Source of the DNA: Camelus ferus
Taxonomy: Eukaryota
Length of the DNA: 64,000 bases
Direction: 5' to 3'
Assembly: GCF_009834535.1 (NCBI RefSeq)
Contig: NC_045696.1
Span: 41,604,001-41,668,000, forward strand
Of this stretch, positions 1-13,540 are shown in pieces (the first letter of the stretch is position 1; each line of letters starts with the position of its first letter). The translations under genes were made by a program, and so were the position numbers. The notes beneath the pieces were generated by a model that saw only the letters and a list, made by a program, of their open reading frames with translations, was not told the DNA's origin and ran no database searches.

Positions 1-3000
1 ATTCACAAAAGTTAATGTGTGATAAAGTTAATGTGTAATCACCCCCAAGGAGAGCTCTTTAACATTTAAGGTATCTAGTATTTTTATCCTATTCTCCATC
101 AAACCATGGACAAGCTAATTCATGTATTATCAATGGCTGGCCTGTTATATTCTCCTCATTCCACCAACAGTCCTTTAGGGAAAAAATGACGAGGTGAGAG
201 GGGACTATTGGGGCTCAAAAACCATCAGTGGTAAGTATGGGCAAAAGATGAGCACCCCAAACCAGGCAAAGCACCAGGTAATTGTCAGCTGACTTTCTGC
301 AGTCAAATGCTCTGCCACTTGTCAGCAGACTTGTGTGTTGATTTTAGTAAACAACAAAAGGAAGACGTATTTAGAGTTACATGTTTTCAACAGCACAGCA
401 TGAGTGATTTGAATTTGGTGTAGCTGAATTTCTACAGCTCTTGAGACTGTATCTCTATGCCCAAATGGTAAAATAATCAGCCGATTCCATAAAATAGCAT
501 TACAAGAAGTCACTTGATTTCTAGCAAAAAAAAACCAGTATACTTTTGGCTTTCATAGCGGTATTGGAAGGCTGTTTTAGAATAAATTTTATTAGCCTAA
601 AAAAGACAGTAAATGAGCATCCCAGCTGTTATTCCATGAAATAAAGCAATGCCATTGTCTTTCTTGGGTTTTTTTTTTTCATGCTTCCATCATATACATA
701 TTTAATTATCAAATGTCAACTACTCCTTTCCAAAATTCAATTTTTAAACTATATTAACTTAAAAGAATTGGACTTGAGGGGAAAGTGGCAGTGTTCCTAA
801 AGGGACAAGATATACTAATATATCTTATTGACTGTCTTTACATATTTGACTTTCAGAACAATTGTTTTTCCACTTCTGGAATTCATATCAGAAATGTGTG
901 TATCTTCTTAAGAAAACCATTTTTTAAGTGCAACCAAGAAAATGCCTGTTGATTTTCTAGGTGTCTCATACTGATGTTGTGCCTCTGCAGAGAATTAAAC
1001 AGTAAAGTCAACTTGTTTGGGATTTATACAAAAATTTGACATGGTGGTAATATTTATGGGCTGAGGGTCAGAGCTGAACCACCTTGAGTTAGAGATGAAC
1101 AACCCTTGAAAGCTGATGGCCCATGTTTGATACACTGTCAGACCTTTGTAACCTCCAGCCCAGCAAGTCACAGAAATATGAAGAGTCAGGAAATTTGTGC
1201 TTAGTAAGCTCATTATTTCCCAAGAGGGTGCTCATTATATTTCATCCTCACAAATATAAGATGACATACAAGAAGTATTGAGGTGCGTGCTAGGACACAG
1301 AGTTTCTCCATCCTCCTAATATTTAGGACTTCCTCAGACTCTACACTGAGCCCACTGTGTTAGAAGAAGCTAGATTCCAGAGTCTTTGAACATGGTAAAC
1401 ATTCAGCAGTTTACAAAGAGTCAGAACTGAAAGTTCTTTGTTTTCTAACTTGTGTTGTCTAGCAATATGAACCTGAGCAATTAACTTTTGCTTGTTGGGA
1501 TGCTTTATTTTTTCCAGGAAAGAGACATTAGGAAAGGTTGTGAGAGTTAATAAAATCGCAAACACTACTTGGGAATGTTTATGAACTCTCTCTTCTTCTA
1601 TCCCTTCTATAAACACAAAAATTCTAGTCACATCAGTCTCTACTTGTACATTGCACAAAACAATGAAAATATCTTGAAATTAATATCAACTTAATGTCTG
1701 TGAATATTTTCTTAAAAACAAGCAGCTCACACACAACTGTCATGGTGGCCAAATGATTTTTCTAGCATGAATTTTGTCAGCAAACACTTTAGAATAATCT
1801 GGGACTAGAATGTTCATCACAAATGACCTTGTATCCTTTTCTCTATTTCTAAGAGCAGGACACATGTGTGTGTACCTGTTCAGGGCCATGATACAGTACT
1901 ATCAGCACATGAAACAATCTGAGATTTCTTAATTTTGCTAAAATGTGATGATCATTACCAAAAAAAGATGAGGAAGAGAACATGGTGTTCAATTTTATCT
2001 TTGGTCTTCTAGTTAAACAGTAAAGCAATTCTGTACATACTGGAACTTTACATTCCTTCATGAGCTAATACACTCCTCCTAAGATACTGGAATTGCTCTG
2101 TAAAGCATACTTTGAAATACTGACCAAGTTGAAGCTGCAAAGATATTTCAGTATATCCGCATCCTTGGACACTTCTAGTCAAAAATTAGTTAGAAAAGTC
2201 AAGACCCCAGTATTGCTAGACTTTACACATGGACTTAAACCTTTGTTCCAATGTCAGAGCTATTTATTGAAGCCATGGAATGAAAATGAAACATGTTTAA
2301 TATTATAGGCAATAAGTCACATACATGCACCTAGTGGTGAAAATTCTAAATATTGTGAAATGTAAATTATCGCCCCAATTTTAAAAGAGGTATATTAAAA
2401 ACTACCTTGTTTGATATGTATGTTTTAATGTATGATTGTTTCATATAGAAATTCAATAGAAAACACAATATTGAATAGTAATAGACAAGAAATAAAATGT
2501 ATTTTTTCCATCCTCAATTAATTTGCTAAGTTTTTACTTCATGCAAATTGTATTTGTATTGAATTCTAAAACACTTCAAGAATAGGGGAAAAAATCTTTC
2601 AGAAAAAAAAATTTTCCAATTCTTAATAAATATTTTGTAAATAAATGAATGAATAAATAAAATCTAAAAATAAAACCTAAAATAAAATAATTAAATCTTT
2701 AAGTTTATTAAACTAGTTAAGAAGATGTTACAATAACCTATTAATGTATCTCATAACCTTCCTCAGACTCTCTCCAGTGGCTATGGAGGAGCTGAAATTA
2801 GGCTATAATCCAGAAAGGTATACCAATTTATAATCCACTCCAACCTACATAAAATGGATCATATCCCTGAAAACTCACTTTAAGGTTACAACTGATATAG
2901 GGCAAATTGTAGAGAAATTTAGAAGGCCTTGGAAACAGTATTTCGATTAATATACTGCCAAAACTTAATTAGTAGCCACTTAATGAAGACACAGTATTTA

Positions 3001-3117
3001 ATAGTTTATCTTAGGGTATTCTTTTACTTAATTACATGTTAAGAGGAGAAGGAGCATCTCGTGCATTTTAAACAGTTTGTAACTTGAATCAAAGGAAATC
3101 TCCCTTTAAATTTAAAG

Positions 3118-5212
3118 AGACCCCACTCACATCAATGGACAAATCATCCAGATAGGAAATCAATAAGGAAATACAGGCTGTAAATGACACATTAGACAAG
3201 ATGGACTTTATTGATATTTTCAAAGCACTCCATCTGAAAGCAGCAAAATGCACATTCTTCTCAAGTGCACATGGAATATTCTCCAGGATAGAGAACATGT
3301 TGGCCCACAAAGCAAGCCTCAGTAAATTTAAGAAAATTTAAATCATATCAAGCATCTTTTCTGACCTCAAGGCTATGAGATTACAAACCAACTATAAGAA
3401 ACAAACTGCAAAACCACAAACATGTAGAGGCTAAACAATACGCTACTAAACAACCAATGGATCACCGAAGAAATCAAAGAGGAAATCAAAAAACCCTTAG
3501 AGACAAATGAAAATGAAAACACCATAATCCGAAACCTCTGGGACATGGCAAAAGCAGTTCGCAGAGGGAAGCTTATAGTGATACAAGCCTACTTCAGGAA
3601 GAAAGAAAAATCTCAAATAAACAACTTAACTTTACACCTAAAGCAACTAGAGAAGGAAGAACAAACAAAATCCAAATTTAGTAGGAAAGAAATCATAAAG
3701 ATTAGAGCAGAAATAAATGAAATAGAGACTAAAACAACAAGAAAGGATCAATGAGACTAAAAGCTGGTTCTTTGAAAAGATAAAACTGATAAACCTTTAG
3801 CCAGAAAACAAGGGAGAGGGCCCAAATTAATACAATCAGAAATGAAAAAGAAGTTACAGTTGATACCACAGAAATACAAAGGACCATAAGAAGCTTCTGT
3901 GAACAACTATATGCTAACAAAATGGACAACCTAGAAGAAATGGACAACTTCTTAGAAAGATACCATCTCCCAAGTCTAAATTAGGAAGAAATGGACAATA
4001 TGAACAGACCAATTACCAGCCCTGAAATTGAATCAGTCATTTAAAAACTCCCAACAAACAAAAGTCCAGGACCAGATGGCTTCACAGGTGAATTCTACCA
4101 AACATCTAGAGAAAAGTTAATGCCTATCCTTCTGAAATTATTCCAAAAAACTGCAGAGGAAGGAACACTTCTGAACTCATTCTATGAGGCCACCATCAAC
4201 CTGATACCAAAACCTGACAAAGATATCACAAGAAAAGAAAATTATGGGAGAGTATCACTTATGAATATAGATACAAAAATCCTCAACAAAATACTAGCAA
4301 ATCAAGTCCACCAATACATTAAAAAGATCATACACCAGGATCAAATGGGATTTATCCCAGGGATGCAAGGATTTTACAATATCCACAAATCAATCAATGT
4401 GATACGCCACATTAACAAATTGAAGAATAAAAACCCCATATGATTATCTCAATAGATGCAGAAAAATCTTTTGATAAAATTCAACATCCATTTGTGACAA
4501 AAGCTCTTCAGAAAGTGGGCATAGAGGGAACATACCTCACTATAATAAAGGCCAAATGTGACAAAACCACAGCTAACATTATTCTGAATGGTGAAAAGCT
4601 GAAAGCTTTTCCTCTGAGATCAGCAAGAAGACAAGGTTGTCCACTCTCACCACTTTTATTCAACATGGCTTTGGAAGTCCTAGCCACAGCAATCAGAGAA
4701 GAAAAGGAAATAAAAGGAATCCAAATTGGAAACAAAGAAGTAAAACTGTCACTGTTTGCAGATAACATACCATACGTAGAAAATCCTAAAGACGCTACTA
4801 GAAAACTACGAGAGCTCATCAGTGAATTTGGTAAAGTTGCAGGATACAAGATTAATATACAGAAATCAATTGCATTTCTATACACTAACAATAAAATAGC
4901 AGAAAAAGAAATTAAGGAAATAATGCCATTTGCCATTGCATCAAAAAGAATAAAATACCTAGGAATAAACCAACCAAAGGAGGCAAAGGACCTGTACTTC
5001 AAAAACTTTAAGACACTGATGAAAGAAATTGAAGATGACACAAACAGATGGAAAGATACACCGTGTTCTTGGATCGGAAGACTCAGTATTGTTAAAATGG
5101 CCATACTACCCAAGGCAACATACAGATTCAATGCAATCGCTATCAAATTGCCAATGACGTTTTTCACAGAACTGGAAAAAAAAAAGTTCAAATTTGTATG
5201 GAAACACAGAAA
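3118..5212 (+). mobile_element. L1 LINE ORF2 fragment (late endonuclease to reverse transcriptase), degenerate
   Basis: ORFs 3545-5225 give L1 ORF2p motifs ([43 protein letters not shown]) with frameshifts; both ends truncated. Confidence 0.97.
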
Positions 5213-5480
5213 TACGGTTTCTTGACCCGTGAACAAGAGTTTGAACTGAGCAGATCCACTTAATACTTGGATTTTTTTTTTTTTTTCAGTAGAAAGGCTG
5301 CAGTATTACACAATCTGCTGGTGGTTGAACACCAAATGCAGAACCACAGATATGTGGGACCACGCCTACTGGTGGAGGGCGGGGGCTGCTGGCTACACCT
5401 TATTCATGGATTTTCAACTGCCCGAGGGTCAGCGCCTCTAACCTTCCCCCCAACCCCGGGTTTTTCACGAGCCAACAGTA
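5213..5480. mobile_element. Tigger2/MER8-like non-autonomous TcMar-Tigger element
   Basis: Starts ...ttgacccgtgaacaagagtttgaactg; homologous to the copy at 9878-10124; degenerate terminal inverted repeats. Confidence 0.8.
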
Positions 5481-5489
5481 TTCTTTTAG

Positions 5490-5650
5490 ACAAGTGCTTT
5501 TCCAATTTCCATGGGCTTACACGTCACTTAGGGATCTTGTTAAAATGCAGATTCTTTTTCTGGAAGGGCTGGGGAGGGACCTGATATTTGTTCTTTTGAA
5601 CAAGTTCCCCTTGGTGTTGACACTGGTGGTCCCTGGGCCACACTTCAAAT
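5490..5650. mobile_element. MER5A-like hAT-Charlie relic
   Basis: Characteristic gggatcttgttaaaatgcagattc...aacaagttcccc...ccacactt. Confidence 0.75.
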
Positions 5651-6888
5651 GGCATTTTCAATAGCTGACAAACTACTTTAGAGTCTCTTAAAATCGCCAG
5701 TGTCTCTAGAAACTTTTATTTCAACTCAAGACCCTAATTTCTCAAGTGAGGGATCTAACTTTTTATTTCCAGTTCCATCAGATTGATTTTCTAAAACTAG
5801 CTGTTTAGGTAAAGTGCCAGAAAGGCAGGCCTAAGACCTTTAGCAGTTTTTCTATTAAAAAGAAAAAAGTTAAGCAAAGGACATATTGTATTCAGCTTCT
5901 TCTAATTGACCCTATTTAGAGATTTCTGTAGCTCATGCTATATCACAGAAAAATCAAAATGAAATATTATTATGTGTGTGTGTATTTTTCTGTAGTAGGT
6001 AGTTAGGGTGTCGTATTCATTCCCTGGATGACATCTGTTGCCAGTTGGCTCTGCTTAAGAAATTGTGAGCACTAGTCTCGCCAGAATTCTGCCCCCGCAA
6101 CCTGGCTGACAGCTTTATCAACAACCGGGAGGGAGAACAGGCCCCAGCCTGGCTTCCCGTCTCTGCAGTGCCAACTGCAGTCTGAATGTTTGGGCTTCAG
6201 CAGTAACAGAAGCAGACAGGCCCTAAAGATCTAAAGTGAGCAGACAATAATGAAAAAACCAATCTGTGACATTCAGAATGTGCATGCACTTTTAAGGCAA
6301 TGACGGCTTAAACAATCAGCAATACAAACTTCAAATTTTCTCTGTGATACTTACTGAATATTGTATTTGAGATATAAGCAATTGTTACATTAGTAAATAA
6401 AAATCACTTTCCTTAAACAAACATACCTTTTAACTTTCTAGATGGTAAATCATACCAAAAAGAATAGAATAATGAACAGAGGAAGGGTCAGGCCAGACAT
6501 GTTAAATCTCTCTTCACCTGCAGGAACAGCCAAACCAGAGTAAGAGGACACACTAGGGAACGACCTTGTACAGAAAGTTGAAGCAGACTTATTGTTCCAT
6601 AACTGGTTTTGTTGATTGAAAATTATGCTATGGAATTCCAAGTTGTCCAACAAGCTTTTCTATGATTCACACATCAATTCCCAAAGACACTGGCTGGAGG
6701 TGACAAGAGGGAAATGATATCCCAAAGAGATAGCTAAGCAGTCCAGTCTTGGTACTTTTTCTCTGCGGACAATATTGTTGCAGAGGCAAGACTGGCCAGA
6801 AAGATGCAACTAGCTGCTCATAGGAACAAATCAGGAAGTAGTCAAATATTATTAACCTGTTATTTAATGAGACTTAGCTAAAAGATAT

Positions 6889-7620
6889 ACCCATTAGGAT
6901 GGCAATCATAAAAGAAAAAAACAAGTGTTAGCAAGGATGTGGGAAAATTGGAATCCTTGTTGCATTGCTTTGATGAGATGCAAAATGGCATAGCCACTGT
7001 GGAAGGCAGTATGGAAGTTCCTCAGAAAGTGAAATATAGAATTACTAGATGATCCAGCAATCCCACTTCTGGGCACACACCCAAAAGTATTGAAAACAAG
7101 GACTCAAACCAATACTTACACACTAATGTTTATAGCAGCATCATTCACAATAGCCAAACTGTGGAAATAACCCAATGTCCACTGATAGATTAAAGGATAA
7201 ACAAAATGTGGACTACACAAACCACATACAATGGAATATAACTGACCTTTAGAAAGGAATGAAATCCTGATACATACTACAACACGGATGAACCTTGCAG
7301 ACATTCCACTAGGTGTAAGCTGGACACAAAAGGACAAATATTGTATGATTCCACTTACGTGAAGTACCTGGAGCAGATAAATTCATGGGGACAATACACT
7401 GAGTAGGAGCTACCAGGGACTAGGGGAGGAGGAACTGGGAGTTATTATTTAATGGCTACACAGTTCCTGTCTGGGATGATGAAAAAGTTCTGGAATTGGG
7501 TAGTGAATGGTGGTTGCACAACACTGTGAATGTATTTAATGCCACTGGATTGTACACTTAAAAGTAACTACAATGGTAAATTTTAAGTTATATACATATA
7601 TAACCACAGTAGAAAAATAG
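6889..7620 (+). mobile_element. L1MB-type LINE 3' end (ORF2 C-terminus and 3' UTR)
   Basis: gatccagcaatcccacttctggg...gggatgatgaaaaagttctgga...gtgaatgtatttaatgccactg...aatggtaaatttta. Confidence 0.85.
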
Positions 7621-8519
7621 AAAATTAATCCATTGAACACTTAAAAACATCGATTCAAAATTTTTCTTTTATTTCCTCTTTTATTTTTCTCCATAAATTA
7701 ATTTTTTTGAAAAAGTTAAGGATATAAAGTGGGTTTAGAAGACAGGCATGGTTACTTGGGATCATTTTCTTTGCTCTATTTGATTATTGCCTGAGCTAAG
7801 GCACAGGCTCAGACTCACACAAATCCAGAGCTTACCCAGTATCAAGTTTTTATAATGACGTAAAAGAGTCAGGAAATCCAAGGGTTCAGACAAAGCAGAA
7901 AGGATTTGGGGATAGTAAGGTGGCTCCCCTTTCTTCTTATGATGAACGCACGTTCCCTGCCCCCGAGTGATAGATGAGTCCTCCGGTGGAGGATTATGGG
8001 ATTATCTCACACAGTGAGGGAATACTTTGTTTACGATACATCTCTGTTTTATACCCTAGATTTCATGTCAATATTCAAGGACATCTTGCTGAGAGCATTC
8101 CATAGAGAAGACCCTCCTGCTAGCATACATCATTAGTGTATTTTGCTGGAGGTCCAGAATCATACTGTCTAGGAGATTACACAGAGTTACCTGCCTTCTT
8201 CCCCCCATCCTACATGGAGCACCCCAGGGTAATCAGGGGGAAACTGGGTCACAGTCCAGCTGCATTAACTCCTTCCTCCTCATTGACTAATTATTCTGAT
8301 TGCACATGTGAACTAATACGTACGTACTTGTCTTCTGAAATAATCATTTAATGTACAAACCCGGTATGATATTTTCATGGGAGTTTTCTGCTCCTAAAGC
8401 TTGATGTCTAGACCTCTGTATTAGGAATACTCCTCTACAGGTGCATCAGGTGTCACCTGGTGAGAGGGCAAAAGCAGTTCTAAGAGGAAGGTTTATAGCA
8501 ATACAGGCCTACCACAGGA

Positions 8520-8790
8520 AACAAGGAATCAACCACCTAACTTTCCAATAAACAACCTAACTTTCCATCTAACAAAATTAGAAAAAGAATAACAAAGCTC
8601 AAAGTTAAAAGAAGGAAAGAAATAATCATTAGAGCAGAAATAGAGACAAAAAATAGAAAAGATCAATGAAACTGATTTTTAGAAGAGTTGTTTTTTAAAG
8701 GATAAACAAAACTGATAAACCTTCAGTCAGACTCATTTTTTAAAAAAAAAGAGCAAGAGAGCCCAAATAAAATTAGAAATGAAAAAGGAT
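8520..8790 (+). mobile_element. Short internal L1 ORF2 fragment abutting the ACTR3 retrocopy
   Basis: aaacaacctaactttccatct...agaaggaaagaaataatcattagagcagaaa...gatcaatgaaact...attagaaatgaaaaagga, homologous to 3615-3850 of the other L1. Confidence 0.85.
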
Positions 8791-9570
8791 GAAGTAAAAG
8801 AAAAAAGCCACACGTACCGTGAAGTGGCCAGTTCACCATGGTATGGTTTAAGACTGTCACCTAATGGAAAGGTTTATGGAGCAAATGTTCTCTAAATACT
8901 TAAAGCAGAACCTGAAGGTCATTACTTTCTCTTGATTAAATGCTCCAGAAAACAGAATATACTACTGAAATCCTGTTTGAGTCCCTCAGTCCAGGCTGAT
9001 ACACAGCCATGGAGGCTGTGCCTGCATTAACAGCATCCTGAGCATCCAAACAAGTAGGAAAACTGAGGGTGACCGGTATTAAGATGGTGCCGCTCCTGTC
9101 CATCCTGTAGCTAAAGGACATGTGATTGGCAGCTGAGGTAGGCACGTTCCAATCACAGGGCAAGCTGTAATGTATTTCATTCAGCAACTGCTGAGAGGCC
9201 AAGAAGTAGGAATTCCTGTAGAGCAACCACTGGAAACAGCTATGGCAGTAAAGGAGTGCTATAGTTATGTCTGCCCAGATTTAGTAAAAGAATTTAACAA
9301 GTATGACACAGATGGGCCAAGCGGATTAAACAGTATACTGGAATCAGGGCAATCTCAAAGAAAGAATTTTCCATTGACGTTGGTTATGACAGATGCTTGG
9401 AACCTGAAATCTTTTTTTCATCCAGAATTTGCTAATCCAGACTTTACCTAAGCAGTAGTAGGTGAAATAACTCAGCCTTATCTTGTTGGTGTCAGAGTTC
9501 TCTCTATATATATATATTTCAGAAGACCTCACTTCAATGCATGTGCAGGAACTTTGAATGTCACTTTTCT
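8788..9570 (+). pseudogene. ACTR3: Processed ACTR3 (Arp3) pseudogene, truncated, with many frameshifts and stops
   Basis: [48 protein letters not shown]...[12 protein letters not shown] matches Arp3 (ACTR3-type [22 protein letters not shown], not ACTR3B). Upstream frames give KWPVHHGMV, LMERFMEQ, AEPEGHYFLL and EILFES. No introns. Confidence 0.93.
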
Positions 9571-9625
9571 ATTCTGAAGGAAAAAACTTACCAAGTAAAA
9601 GATACATTTCAAAAAGTAGCCTCAT

Positions 9626-9746
9626 ACACAACAATGTGAATGTATTTGATGCCACTGAACCGTACGCTGAAAAGTAAAGTGTACACTAAAATGGTAAATT
9701 TCATGCTGAATATTACCACAATAAAAGAAATTTTTAAAAAAATTTT
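9626..9746 (+). mobile_element. Extreme 3' end of an L1MB-type element with 12-bp TSD
   Basis: caatgtgaatgtatttgatgccactgaac...aataaaagaaa; flanked by aagtagcctcat (9614-9625) and aagcagcctcat (9747-9758). Confidence 0.8.
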
Positions 9747-9877
9747 AAGCAGCCTCATGACACTTGTCCATAATCTTTCATGGTACAAGGAATTTCAGTA
9801 ATTAGGAAATACTACCATCCCCAACAAAAAGAAAATTGGTTTTTGTTGCAAGTGCTTTTAGAACTAAGAACCTAGTA

Positions 9878-10124
9878 CGGTTGACCCTTGAACAACAAAG
9901 GTTTGAACTGCACGGGTCTACTTATATGTGGGTTTTATCAATAGTTAATAATACAGTATTACACAATCCGTGGTTGACTGAATCCACAGATGTGCAACCA
10001 CACATATGGAGGAACAACGTATACAGGGGAGCCTAAGAAGGGCTAACTGTAACTTATACATGCATTTTTGCCTGAATGGAGGGTCCATGCCCCTATCTTC
10101 CACATTGTTCAAGGGTCAATTCTG
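9878..10124. mobile_element. Tigger2/MER8-like MITE
   Basis: TIRs cggttgacccttgaacaa ... ttgttcaagggtcaattctg, flanked by TA on both sides. Confidence 0.88.
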
Positions 10125-10464
10125 TATTGGATTGAATCTAATTCCTTGGATTCTTTTTCTTGCTAAAAAAAATTTTTTTTTAAATAAAGACAGACATTAG
10201 ATCAGTGTGGTTTTTTTTAAAAAGCAACGCTCACAACATTCAGGTATTACCACACCAGTTTCAGCCTCTATTGAAATTTCTTCCCAGTTCACATGTCTAA
10301 GCAAATGCTACTGACCCAACCTGTGAGAGGCAGACAAAGAGTGGTGCTGCATGAGCAAAAGGTTGTCTGCTTTGACAACCTTATAATCTCTCCTATGGAA
10401 GAAATGAGTGGCAATGCCAATTAAATCTCTATTAGCTAATTTGGGGTGGTTTAGTGGACCTGTT

Positions 10465-10562
10465 CCCTCTCTGCTCTTTTTTCCTTCTCTCCCTCTCCCT
10501 CCCTCCCTCCCTTCCTCCCTGCCTCCCTTCCTCCCCGCCTCCCTTCCTCCCCCCTGCCCCCT
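10465..10562. repeat. Polypyrimidine (CCCT/CT-rich) low-complexity tract
   Basis: ccctctccctccctccctcccttcctccctgcctcccttcctcccc. Confidence 0.9.
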
Positions 10563-11720
10563 TTGGGGTGGCCTTTGTGTCTGGCTTCGTTCACATAACA
10601 CAGTGTTTTCAAGGGTTATCCATGGGTAGCATATATCAGCACTTCATTCCTTTACATGACCGTCTTAGTCATTTCAAGCAGCTTATATCAAAACACCATA
10701 GACTGAGCGGCTTAAGTAACATTTATTTCTCGTAGTTCTGAAGCCTGTGACGTCCAAGATAAAGGTGCTGGCAGTTTTGGTTCATGGTGAGGGCCCTCTT
10801 GCTGGCTTGCAGATGGCCAGCTTCTCACTGGATCCTTACATGGCGGAGAGAGGAAGCTCTAGTGTCTCCTCCTTTTCTTATAAGGGTACTAATCCTGTCC
10901 TGGGGCCTCCACTCTCATGACCTCATCTAAACCTGACTACCTCCTAAAGGCTCCACCTCCTCATATCATCATGCTGTGGGCAATGGCTTCAGTGTATGAA
11001 TGTGGGGAGGAGCAAAGACAGAAACATTCAGTCCATAACATGACCCAATAATATTCCATTGTACAAATAACGTGGCATTTCATTTATCCATTCATTTGTT
11101 GACAGTCATTTGGGTCGTTTCCACTTTTTGACTATTATGAACAGCGCTGCTATGTCTACACTGGTGTAGAAGTTTTGTGTGGCCACATGTTTCAGTTCCC
11201 TGGGGGTATCAGGTACCTAGGAGTGGAATTGCTAGCTCATGTGGCAACTCCATGTTTCACGACTCAAGGAACAGGCAATCTGATTTCCCAAGTGGCTGTA
11301 CCAATTTACAATCCTATAAGCAATGCGTGAGAGTTCCAATGTCTCCAAATCCTCACCAGCACTTCCTGTCAGTCTTCTCTGTTATAACCATCCACCCTAG
11401 TGGGTGCGAAGTGGTGTCGCGCTGTGATTTTGACTTTCAGTTTCCTTATGTCTAATAATGTTGAGCATCTTTTCATGTGCTTATTCGTCATTTGTGAATC
11501 TTCTTTGGAAAAATGTCTATTTGAACTCTTCTCCCATTTTTAATTGGATTATTTGCCTCTGTTTATTGAGTATAAGAGCTCTTTATATATTCTAGATACA
11601 AGTTCCTTTTCAGATATGTGATTTGCAAATATTTTTTGTCTTCTTTGCGGTTGTCTCTATTTTCTTGTCAGTGTCCTTTGAGGTACAAAAGTGTTGTTTT
11701 TTTTTTTTAATTTTGATGAT
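10563..11720 (-). mobile_element. L1MB-type 3' region (antisense), interrupted by an MLT1 LTR
   Basis: tgtgtctggcttcgttcacataac... resumes at about 11041 with aataatattccattgta...cctaggagtggaattgct...gatatgtgatttgcaaatatt. Confidence 0.85.
10661..11040 (-). mobile_element. MLT1A-like MaLR solo LTR nested in L1
   Basis: cgtcttagtc...atttatttctcgtagttctgaagcc...cttataagggtactaatcc...cattcagtccataaca; approximate atgac duplication at the ends. Confidence 0.85.
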
Positions 11721-12444
11721 AAACTGCTTTTTTTAAAAGCCTTTGAAGGTCTGGATCCAGAATAGTGTTTTCCTAACACATAATGAAAAGTTTCATAGAA
11801 TTTTGTAGAAGGTAGGAAGGTATTTCAGGAGTGTATTATGAGAAGAACAAGAGAAGTTAATAACTAATTAAAAGGGAAGATTTTTTTGATGGGTAGGAAA
11901 TTAAATTTCACATAGTTAATATATAAGAATAAAGGCTCTGTAATATATTTCACCTCTTTTCATATGTGTAAATGCACATAAAGCAGATTGCAAGGAGTTC
12001 TTTTATAAACACAAGCCAAAGGGGAAAAAAATCTGTGCTTTCCCCTACACTGACTAAGTGGAACTGAAGGGAAAACAGAGTTATTAATCAGGTAAATAGG
12101 TTGGGGTCTACAAACTACACATGGTTACATTAAAGAAGTTATTAACTTTATATACTGAACTATTGTTAATGACATTTTAATTAATGAAAGTTGCTTTTGA
12201 AATAAAATATTTCTGGTTCATTTCTCCACTCTCTCTGGAATCTTTTGTGGTTAAAAAAATTAATTCAATACACATCTGAAACTTTTATAACAGTTTATGC
12301 AGAGCATAAAAAGTTTAACAGCTTATAAATTCTCCTTACTTCAGGAAAGGAAACGGGCATAAGTAGCCATGACCCACTATTGTAGTCACTCCTGCTAAAA
12401 TAATTCTCCAATGTACTTTTAGCTATTCTTTCCTTCTTTTCTGA

Positions 12445-13540
12445 GCTATAACTGACATATAACATTATATTAGTTTCAGGTGTACAACATAATGATTCAA
12501 TATTGGTATATATTGCTAAATGATCACCACAATGTCTAATTAACCTCTATCGCCACACAGTTACAATTTTTTTCTTGTAATGAGAACTTAAGATCTACTC
12601 TCTTAGCAACTTTGGTTTTTCTTAGCAATATGGTTTTATTAACTATAGTCACCATGCTATACGTTACATTGCCAGGACTTAGGTATTTTATAACTGGAAG
12701 TTTGTATCTTTGGATCACCTTCATTCATTTCACACTCTCCACCCCCTGCCTCTGACATCCACTGATCCATTCTCTGTATCTATGAGTTCAGTTTTGAGCT
12801 TTTTTAGATTCCACATATAAGTGAAATGATACAGTCAGTATTTGTTTTTCTCTGGCTTATTTCACTAAGCATAGGCCTTCAAGGTCTATCTATGTTGTCA
12901 CAATGGCAATATTTCATTCATTTTTATGGCTGAATAATATATACATCACATTTTCTTTATCCATTCATGCATCCGTGAACACAAGTTGTTTCCATATCTT
13001 AGTTATTATAAATGATGCTGCGAGGAATATGAGGGTGCACATATATCTTTCCAAGTCAGTGTTTTCATTTCCTTCAGATAAATACCCAGAAGTGGAATTG
13101 CTGGATCATCTGGTCGTTTCATTTTTAATTTTTTGAGGAACCTCCAGATTATTTTCCACACTGGCTGTACCAACTTACATTCCTACCAACAGTGCACAAG
13201 GATTCCCTTTTCTCCGCAGCCTCACCAATACTTGTTATTTGTTGTCTTTTTGATAATAGCCATTTTGACAGGTGTGAGGTGATATCTCATTGTGGGTCTG
13301 ATTTTCATTGCCCTGATGATGAGTGATGTTGAGCACATTTTCATGTACCTGTTGGCCATCTGTATGTCTTCTCTGGAAAAATGTCCATTCAGATCCTCTG
13401 CACATTTTTTAATCAGATTGGTTTTTTTGCTATTGAGTTGTATGAGTTCTTTACATATTTTGGGTATTAACCCCTTATTAGATATATGATTTCCAAATAT
13501 TTTCTCTCATTTGGTAAGTTTCCTATTCATTTTATTTTGT
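12445..13540 (-). mobile_element. L1MA9-like LINE 3' end (antisense)
   Basis: gtgtacaacataatgattc...aagatctactctcttagcaacttt...ccagaagtggaattgctggatca...ttaaccccttattagatatatg. Confidence 0.85.

Noticed and set aside
4120..5225. Reverse-transcriptase ORFs as an active or novel retroelement
   Set aside because: Ordinary L1 ORF2 with frameshifts, a damaged catalytic motif (FADN) and no 5' UTR, ORF1 or 3' end.
4508..5236. 242-aa minus-strand ORF
   Set aside because: It is the antisense shadow of L1 ORF2, not an independent gene.
9170..9451. 93-aa ORF as a functional mini-Arp3
   Set aside because: It contains an internal frameshifted segment and sits within a pseudogene full of disablements.
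10308..10735. Overlapping proline-rich or Gly/Arg/Glu-rich ORFs
   Set aside because: Translations of a CCCT low-complexity tract and adjacent repeats.
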